The translations under genes were made by a program, and so were the position numbers. Below, in pieces: positions 57,236 to 64,000 of a DNA stretch of 64,000 nt; position 1 is the stretch's first letter; the number at the start of each line of letters is the position of its first letter. Location: the NCBI GenBank assembly GCA_045047115.1, contig JASFYR010000005.1, forward strand, positions 32,001-96,000. Reading direction: 5' to 3'. Under the pieces are notes generated by a model. That model saw only the letters and a list, made by a program, of their open reading frames with translations. It did not search any database and was not told where the DNA came from. Source of the stretch: Sulfurospirillum sp. GTDB lineage: Bacteria > Campylobacterota > Campylobacteria > Campylobacterales > Sulfurospirillaceae.

Positions 57236-57402
57236 ATGAAATTACAGAGCGTTAGCTCGTGCTTCAGTCGCGAGGAATTTGTCAGGGGCTTTGCTCCTTA
57301 CAAAGGGGACAATAAAATGAAATTACAGAGCGTTAGCTCGTGCTTCAGTCGCGAGGAATTTGTCAGGGGCTTTGCTCCTTACAAAGGGGATATAAAATGA
57401 AA
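57236..57402 (+). repeat. Tandem pair (81 + 80 bp) of the dispersed structured element, copies B and C
   Basis: ATGAAATTACAGAGCGTTAGCTCGTGCTTCAGTCGCGAGGAATTTGTCAGGGGCTTTGCTCCTTACAAAGGGGA... starting at 57236 and 57317; third ATGAAA at 57397. Confidence 0.95.
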
Positions 57403-58098
57403 ATTGCTATTTTAGGAGCTATGCCTGAAGAGGTAGAGCCGTTATTAGATTATTTTGAGAGTTATAAAACTGTTGAGTATGCTAAAAATAAATTTTATAC
57501 TCTAACATACAAAGGGTGTGAAATAGTCATTGCTTATAGTAAGATTGGAAAGGTAAATGCCACCATAACAGCTACAACAATGATAGAAAAATTTGGTTGT
57601 GAAAAACTGCTTTTTAGTGGAGTAGCCGGAGCTGTAAGCGATGAGTTGAAAATAGGGGATTTGGTAGTAGCTACAAAACTGGCTCAGCATGATTTGGATA
57701 TATCCGCTTTTGGACATCCTTTTGGATATGTGCCGGAAGGTTCAGTTTATGAAAAAACAGATAAGTTACTCATAGAGATAGCTAAAGAGGTAGCGTTTGA
57801 AAAAAACCTACCCCTAAAAGAGACGGTTATCGCTACTGGAGATCAATTTGTTTGTGATCCGGATAGAAAAAAATGGATAGAAAAAACTTTTGGAGCCGGT
57901 GCTTTAGAGATGGAAGGGGCAGCTGTTGCTCTGGTTTGCAATGCTCTTGATGTACCGTCTTTTATACTTCGTTCTATCAGTGATGCAGCAGACATGGATG
58001 CCGGTTTTGATTTTGACAAATTCTTGGAGTCCTCAGCAAAAATCAGCGCTGGGTTTATAATCACTATGGTTGAAAAAATAATTGATAAAACTAAGTAA
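57397..58098 (+). CDS. mtnN: 5'-methylthioadenosine/S-adenosylhomocysteine nucleosidase
   Basis: MKIAILGAMPEE, SKIGKVNA, FSGVAG, IATGDQF, EMEGAA, RSISD; the longer ORF-track start lies inside the repeat. Confidence 0.96.
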   Translation: MKIAILGAMPEEVEPLLDYFESYKTVEYAKNKFYTLTYKGCEIVIAYSKIGKVNATITATTMIEKFGCEKLLFSGVAGAVSDELKIGDLVVATKLAQHDLDISAFGHPFGYVPEGSVYEKTDKLLIEIAKEVAFEKNLPLKETVIATGDQFVCDPDRKKWIEKTFGAGALEMEGAAVALVCNALDVPSFILRSISDAADMDAGFDFDKFLESSAKISAGFIITMVEKIIDKTK

Positions 58099-58840
58099 AA
58101 AACTCCTTAGGATTACGGGTAGAACAAACGCAAGATATAATCTTATAAAAGAGGGAGACAGAGTTCTCTTGGGGCTTAGCGGAGGGAAGGATTCGCTGAC
58201 TCTCGCTCATATATTGAGGCATATACAAAGAGTTGCGCCATTTAAGTTTGAATTCCAAGCAATAACCATTTCTTATGGCATGGGTGAAAATCTTGAGATA
58301 CTGCAGGATTATTGCAAAAAAAATGATATCCCTCATTTGGTACACGATACTAAAATATATGATTTAGCCAAAGAAAAGATAAGAGAAAATTCATCATTTT
58401 GCAGCTTTTTTTCACGTATGAGAAGGGGTGCATTGTATAGTTATGCGCTTGAAAATGGGTATAACAAGCTAGCTCTTGGTCATCATCTTGATGATGCAGT
58501 GGAGAGTTTTTTTATGAACTTTTCTTACAATGGAGCCCTTCGCTCAATACCTCCAATATATAAGGCCAAAAATGGCATAGAAGTAATTCGTCCACTTATA
58601 CATGTAAGAGAAAGGCAACTCATAGATCAAGCACATGTTGTCGATATGCCTCTTATAAGTGATGAATCATGCCCTAGCATGAGATTTGATGTCAAAATGC
58701 CAACCAGCAGAGCAAAAACAAAAGAGATGCTAAAAAAGATGGAAGAAGACAATCATGCTCTTTTTACATCTCTCAAGAAAGCATTTGAAAATATAAATTT
58801 ATCTAGTTTTTGTGAAGAGGAATACTTGGATAGACTTTAG
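58082..58840 (+). CDS. ttcA: tRNA 2-thiocytidine biosynthesis TtcA family protein
   Basis: PP-loop SGGKDS, CSFFSRMRRG, GHHLDD, IRPL. Confidence 0.85.
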   Translation: MIKLSKKLLRITGRTNARYNLIKEGDRVLLGLSGGKDSLTLAHILRHIQRVAPFKFEFQAITISYGMGENLEILQDYCKKNDIPHLVHDTKIYDLAKEKIRENSSFCSFFSRMRRGALYSYALENGYNKLALGHHLDDAVESFFMNFSYNGALRSIPPIYKAKNGIEVIRPLIHVRERQLIDQAHVVDMPLISDESCPSMRFDVKMPTSRAKTKEMLKKMEEDNHALFTSLKKAFENINLSSFCEEEYLDRL

Positions 58841-59454
58841 AAGCCTTCGCAAACTATCATCCATAGTTTCTCTATGTCTGAGTTGTCAAAAAAGAGTGTG
58901 CTTTTATTTTTTAAGAGCTCCTCTACATGTAGAGCTTTAAAACTGCTAGTATATACACACTCCTTGTGGGCAGTTAAAAATGCTCTAATTAGAGATACTT
59001 CATTTTTAATTCTGTTTTCACACTCAAAACAGATAAAGTCATCGTGTAGTCTCCCCTCGTACTCTAAAAGTTCGATATATCTTTCAATTGCAACTCTTTT
59101 AGAGTTTTGTTTATCCCACAGCCAATATGATTTTTCAATCAAATTAAAATAAAAATCATCAATATCATCTACATCTTTAAGGTGTTGATAGAAAAGCTTT
59201 ATAAATTGTTGCCATATATACATCTTTTCTCTATCTGTGACCCATTTTGTTGCCAAGTGCAGGATATTTCTCAGCTGTGGAATTTTTGACTTGAGAGAGT
59301 GTTGTAATTCAAAATCTATTTTATAGCCTATGTTTACAGTGGAGTGTCTCGCACCATAAAACCTGTAGGCTGTATATTTTTTGTTTTTAGTTAAAATTGT
59401 GATGATTAAATCTTCATCTTTAGCTCTGTTTATGTTGATTATATAGCCTTGCAT
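58837..59454 (-). CDS. recO: Recombination protein RecO (Campylobacterota type)
   Basis: MQGYI, YRFYGARHS, GYKIDF, EGRLH, CFEC...AHKEC. Confidence 0.9.
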   Translation of the reverse strand: MQGYIININRAKDEDLIITILTKNKKYTAYRFYGARHSTVNIGYKIDFELQHSLKSKIPQLRNILHLATKWVTDREKMYIWQQFIKLFYQHLKDVDDIDDFYFNLIEKSYWLWDKQNSKRVAIERYIELLEYEGRLHDDFICFECENRIKNEVSLIRAFLTAHKECVYTSSFKALHVEELLKNKSTLFFDNSDIEKLWMIVCEGF

Positions 59455-59617
59455 AAGCGAAATTTTATCGAAAATATCTTTTATTGAAGATTAAGTTTGA
59501 AAAAGATAATCAGATGCTTTAAAATGCCTATATAGGGTTATTTACCATATATTAAGTAAATTTATTGTATATTCTCTACTCTTAAATCTTAAAATAATAT
59601 AATAAAAGGTGGCTATT

Positions 59618-62600
59618 TTGGATCTTATAACTAGCTTTAAAGATAATTGTGGTTTTGGGCTACTGGCAAACATAGATAATATTGCAACTTATCAAAATAC
59701 AACTGATGCAGTCACTGCATTAGAGCGAATGATGCACAGAGGTGCGATAGCAGCAGACGGAAAGAGCGGGGATGGAAGTGGGCTTCTTTTTTCTCTCCCG
59801 AAAGAGTTTATGAAAAAAGTTGCAAAAAAATTAGGCGTTGATCTACCGAGACAGTTTGCTGTTGGTATGTTATTTATGCAAAATGAATCCCAAAAAGAGA
59901 TAATTGATAATATTTGTATGAAAAATGACCTAAAAGTTGTTCTTTACAGAGAAGTGCCGATAGATACAGATGCATTGGGAAAGCAGGCACTGGAGCTTTT
60001 GCCAAAAATAGTACAGGTTTTTGTTGAGCCGTCATCTTTGATTGCTACAAAAAGATTTGAATCACTTTTGTATTTAACCAGAAGAGAGATAGAAAACAGG
60101 CTAAAAGAAGACAAAGACTTTTACATTGCATCATTTTCAAGTGCAGTTATATCCTATAAAGGTTTGGTTATGCCAACCCACATAAAAGAGTTTTATCAAG
60201 ACCTTAACAATAAAAACTTTAAAACAAAATTTGCACTCTTTCACCAAAGATTTTCTACAAATACTCTACCACAATGGAAACTAGCTCAGCCTTTTAGAAC
60301 TTTGGCACATAATGGCGAGATAAACTCTATATCTGCAAATCGAGCAAATATCAAAGCAAGATACAGCACTTTGAAAAGTTCTGTATTTTCCGATAAAGAA
60401 CTTAGCAAACTATTCCCTATTACAAACGATAGTGTGAGTGATAGTGCAAGCTTGGACAATATGTTTGAATTTATGATTGCCAACGGATATGATTTTTTCA
60501 AATCAATCAGATCTCTGATACCTATGCCTTGGCAAAATGCACCTTATATTGATAGTGAATTAAGATCTTTTTATGAGTATTCTAGTATAAATTTTGATCC
60601 TTGGGATGGACCGGCTGCTGTCTCTTTTACTGACGGAAGATATGTAGCATGTGTTTTGGACAGAAACGGTTTGAGACCGGCAAAATACATCATAACAAAG
60701 GATAACAGGATTGTTATCACAAGTGAATACGGAGTCTTGGATATATCGGATTCAGATATAAAAGAGCAGGGAAGACTGCAAAGTGGTCAGATAATTGGCT
60801 TGGATCTGAAATACAACAAAGTTTTAAAAAGCAAAGATATAGACAATTATATAAAATCATCAAAACCTTATGGAACATGGTTAAATGAAAACCTGATTTA
60901 TCTTCAAGAGTATGTTGAGATGCCGTTTGAAAAAGTGAGTGATTATGAAAAAGAAGATCTTGTGTACTCTCAGAGATTTTTCAATGTAACCCAAGAGTTT
61001 TTAAATATGGTTATAGCCCCCATGATGAAAGACGCTAAAGAAGGCGTGGGTTCCATGGGGGATGATACACCTTTAGCTGCATTTAGTAAAAAACAGAGGA
61101 GTTTTAGCGACTTTTTTAAGCAAAAGTTTGCACAGGTGACAAACCCACCGATAGATCCGTTAAGAGAAAAAATTGTTATGAGTCTAAATACGGGTTTTGG
61201 AAAATTGAGTAATATATTGGATGAAACCCCAGAACATGCTGTTAGAATCAAAACTATTTCTCCGATATTGATGCAAGAAAAAATAGAAGTTTTGAAGTCA
61301 TTTGGAGATAAAAGCAAACCTAGATATATGCCATCTTACAAATCTCAAACTTTTTCAACACTTTTTGAAGACAATCTAAAAGGAAGTTTGGAAGATTTGG
61401 CTTATGATGTTGTTGAGGCTGTTAAAAATGATGGTGTCACGATGGTCTATCTTGACGATAGAGGTATGGATGACACAAACAAACCGATGCCAATGCTTAT
61501 GTGCATAGGTAAAATTCATGAAGTCTTGCTTGATGAGGGCATAAGAGATGTTGCCAGTATCATAGCAATATCCGGTGAAGCTCTTGATTCGCACTCTTGT
61601 GCCTGCATGATAGGATTTGGTGCAAGTGCTATATACCCGTATATGTTATATGCCAGCGTACTAGAGGAGGCAAAAAGAAGAGGTTTTGGCAAATATGAGA
61701 TAAAAACAAGCTTGAAAAATGCCAGTCATGCTATAAATCAGGGTTTACTAAAAATAATCTCTAAAATGGGAATTGCCACTATATCTTCATACAGAAATTC
61801 CGCACTTTTTGACAGCATTGGTCTTGCAAGAGAGATTGTTGAAGACTGTTTTAATGGTGTACATGCACTGCTTCCGGGACTTGGATATGATGATATAGAA
61901 GAGAAGATAAACTTTAATCATAAAAACGCCTTTGATATAGATATAAATAAAAGGCTTTTTCCTTTGGAAATTGGAGGTTTTTATAAATACCTGGATGGAA
62001 ACGAGTATCATGATTTTAATCCAAAAGTTGTAAAAGCTATACATAAATTGGCTAAAAACGGTCAAAGAGAAGATTATAATGCTTTGGTTGAGCTGGTAAA
62101 CAATAGAGATAAAAAAGTTATACGAGATTTTCTAGAACTATCATCTGATAGAGATCCAATTGATATAGAAGAGGTTGAGCCGATAGAGAGTATATTTAAA
62201 AGATTTAATACCGCTGCAATGAGTCTGGGATCTATCTCGCCAGAAGCTCATGAAGCCTTGGCGGAAGCTATGAATAGATTGGGTGGTATGTCAAACTCAG
62301 GAGAAGGGGGAGAGGCAACAGACAGACTCAAGAGCATCAAAAGATCTAAAATAAAACAAATAGCAAGCGGTAGATTTGGTGTTACACCAGAATACCTAAG
62401 AAGTGCTGAAGAGATACAGATAAAAGTAGCCCAAGGTGCAAAGCCAGGTGAGGGCGGACAGCTTCCGGGACACAAAGTTTCATCTCTTATCGCAAGTCTC
62501 AGATATACAATTCCTGGAGTTACACTCATCTCTCCCCCTCCTCATCATGATATCTACTCTATAGAGGATTTGGCACAGCTGATTTTTGATCTCAAACAGA

Positions 62601-64000
62601 TAAATCCGGATGCCGTCATCACAGTCAAGCTGGTTTCTACTGCCGGAGTCGGAACCATCGCTGCAGGAGTTGCAAAAGCCTATGCAGATAAGATTATCAT
62701 CTCCGGAGGTGATGGAGGAACAGGAGCCGCGCCGCTCAGCTCTATAAAATTTGCAGGAAATCCTTGGGAGTTAGGTCTAAGTGAAGCACACAATGCTTTA
62801 AAGGCAAACCATCTTAGAGGTAAAGTACATCTGCAGACAGATGGTGGTCTAAAAACAGGTTTGGATGTTATAAAAGCAGCACTTTTGGGAGCTGAAAGTT
62901 ATGCTTTTGGAACTTTAGCCCTGACGATGCTTGGATGCAAGATTTTAAGGATATGTCACCTAAATAAATGTTCTGTTGGCGTAGCTACTCAGGATAAAAA
63001 GCTTAGGGAATTTTTTATGGGCAATGTAGATAAACTGATAAATTTCTTTACCTATTTAGCTCAAGATATTAGAGAGATACTCGCAAGTCTCGGATACAAA
63101 AGTATCGAGGAGATAGTCGGCAGAAGTGATCTTTTAAAAGTTATAGAAGAAAAAATGGCTAAAAAGTTTGACTTTTCATCTGTTCTTATGAGGATAGATG
63201 GGGAGGACACTCACTCAAAACTTCCAAATGAACCATATGATAAAAATGAGTATGAAAAGAAGATTTTAAAAGAGGTCTATAAGGCCATACAAAACCCGGA
63301 ACAAAAAGTTGTCATACATAAAGATATTCAAAATATCAATAGAAGTTTTGGTACACTTATAAGTGGCGAAATTGCAAAATATTATGGAAATGTCGGTCTA
63401 AAAGAGGATAGTATAATTTTCAAATTAAAAGGCACAGCAGGGCAGTCTCTTGGGGCGTTTTTAACAAATGGGATAAAGATAGATTTGAGAGGTTCGGCAA
63501 ATGATTATATCGGTAAAGGTATGAATGGAGGAAAAATTGTCATAACCCCAACTTTCCAAAGAGAGGATTACGCCTGTGCCGGAAATACCTGTCTTTACGG
63601 AGCAACTGGTGGAAAGCTCTATATCGCAGGTATAGTCGGCGAGAGATTTTGCGTAAGAAACTCTGGCGCCACAGTAGTTGTTGAGGGAACAGGAGATAAC
63701 GCCTGCGAATACATGACGGGAGGAATCGTTGCTATTTTAGGAAGCACTGGAGTTAATTTTGGTGCAGGTATGACAGGAGGAATTGCTTTTGTATATGATA
63801 AAGAGAGAGAATTTATAGACAAACTAAATCAAGAGTTGGTTATAGCTGTTAGAGTAGATATAGACGAGAAGGATGAAGCAAAACACTTTTTAAAAAAATT
63901 ATTGAGATCTCATATAAATGAGACAGACAGTGTAAAAGCAAAAGCAATACTGGAAGATTTCAGGCACAATGTGAGAGATTTTTGGATGGTAATGCCAAAA
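59618..64000 (+). CDS. gltB: Glutamate synthase large subunit (3'-truncated by window edge)
   Basis: TTG start MDLITSFKDN-CGFG; HRGA, HQRFSTNT, HNGEIN, WDGPA, FAQVTNPPID, GAKPGEGGQLPG, SPPPHHDIYSIED, EYMTGG; 4383 nt in one frame; absent from the ORF track because no stop falls in the window. Confidence 0.97.
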   Translation, partial: MDLITSFKDNCGFGLLANIDNIATYQNTTDAVTALERMMHRGAIAADGKSGDGSGLLFSLPKEFMKKVAKKLGVDLPRQFAVGMLFMQNESQKEIIDNICMKNDLKVVLYREVPIDTDALGKQALELLPKIVQVFVEPSSLIATKRFESLLYLTRREIENRLKEDKDFYIASFSSAVISYKGLVMPTHIKEFYQDLNNKNFKTKFALFHQRFSTNTLPQWKLAQPFRTLAHNGEINSISANRANIKARYSTLKSSVFSDKELSKLFPITNDSVSDSASLDNMFEFMIANGYDFFKSIRSLIPMPWQNAPYIDSELRSFYEYSSINFDPWDGPAAVSFTDGRYVACVLDRNGLRPAKYIITKDNRIVITSEYGVLDISDSDIKEQGRLQSGQIIGLDLKYNKVLKSKDIDNYIKSSKPYGTWLNENLIYLQEYVEMPFEKVSDYEKEDLVYSQRFFNVTQEFLNMVIAPMMKDAKEGVGSMGDDTPLAAFSKKQRSFSDFFKQKFAQVTNPPIDPLREKIVMSLNTGFGKLSNILDETPEHAVRIKTISPILMQEKIEVLKSFGDKSKPRYMPSYKSQTFSTLFEDNLKGSLEDLAYDVVEAVKNDGVTMVYLDDRGMDDTNKPMPMLMCIGKIHEVLLDEGIRDVASIIAISGEALDSHSCACMIGFGASAIYPYMLYASVLEEAKRRGFGKYEIKTSLKNASHAINQGLLKIISKMGIATISSYRNSALFDSIGLAREIVEDCFNGVHALLPGLGYDDIEEKINFNHKNAFDIDINKRLFPLEIGGFYKYLDGNEYHDFNPKVVKAIHKLAKNGQREDYNALVELVNNRDKKVIRDFLELSSDRDPIDIEEVEPIESIFKRFNTAAMSLGSISPEAHEALAEAMNRLGGMSNSGEGGEATDRLKSIKRSKIKQIASGRFGVTPEYLRSAEEIQIKVAQGAKPGEGGQLPGHKVSSLIASLRYTIPGVTLISPPPHHDIYSIEDLAQLIFDLKQINPDAVITVKLVSTAGVGTIAAGVAKAYADKIIISGGDGGTGAAPLSSIKFAGNPWELGLSEAHNALKANHLRGKVHLQTDGGLKTGLDVIKAALLGAESYAFGTLALTMLGCKILRICHLNKCSVGVATQDKKLREFFMGNVDKLINFFTYLAQDIREILASLGYKSIEEIVGRSDLLKVIEEKMAKKFDFSSVLMRIDGEDTHSKLPNEPYDKNEYEKKILKEVYKAIQNPEQKVVIHKDIQNINRSFGTLISGEIAKYYGNVGLKEDSIIFKLKGTAGQSLGAFLTNGIKIDLRGSANDYIGKGMNGGKIVITPTFQREDYACAGNTCLYGATGGKLYIAGIVGERFCVRNSGATVVVEGTGDNACEYMTGGIVAILGSTGVNFGAGMTGGIAFVYDKEREFIDKLNQELVIAVRVDIDEKDEAKHFLKKLLRSHINETDSVKAKAILEDFRHNVRDFWMVMPK

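Noticed and set aside
57170..57400. 76-aa ORF-track call and the 57340 start for mtnN
   Set aside because: Both arise from the repeat; MtnN homology begins at MKIAILGAM (57397), and the peptide frame is not conserved in copy A
57236..57402. Possible CRISPR array
   Set aside because: The units are complete tandem duplicates with no unique spacers, and no cas genes are present
57236..57402. Known SAM or SAH riboswitch upstream of mtnN
   Set aside because: I could not match the conserved cores of the SAM-I, SAM-II or SAH classes by eye; kept only as an alternative hypothesis
59618..64000. Apparent 4.4-kb gap in the plus-strand ORF track
   Set aside because: Explained by gltB running off the window end without a stop codon

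Overview
AT-rich bacterial chromosome segment from a Campylobacterota (Epsilonproteobacteria) organism. The assignment rests on the cinA/ileS-gatA-guaB-xseB-murC-mutS2-dapE and rplU-rpmA-obgE-proB-fmt-birA-parAB-atp-tol/pal-slyD-fabD-mtnN gene orders, extended -10 promoters and a fused CcsBA. ATP-citrate lyase (aclBA) suggests reductive-TCA capacity. Most of the window is housekeeping. There is a six-tRNA operon (4956-5582) and an accessory patch (about 30.4-37.8 kb) containing yccF, an ABM-family pseudogene, two small membrane ORFs, a phosphorylase-like/SPL-like radical SAM/SDR/NosD operon, a Fur-boxed FTR1 and amrAB. A 3'-truncated gltB ends the window. The most notable observation is a small dispersed structured element: one copy at 13921-14030 and a tandem pair at 57236-57402. 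It sits exactly on start codons, is bounded by ATGAAA direct repeats and keeps a fixed-length but sequence-variable hairpin. It also supplies a new Shine-Dalgarno and creates a mini-ORF whose stop overlaps the downstream ATG. All calls come from reading motifs by eye; no database searches were run.
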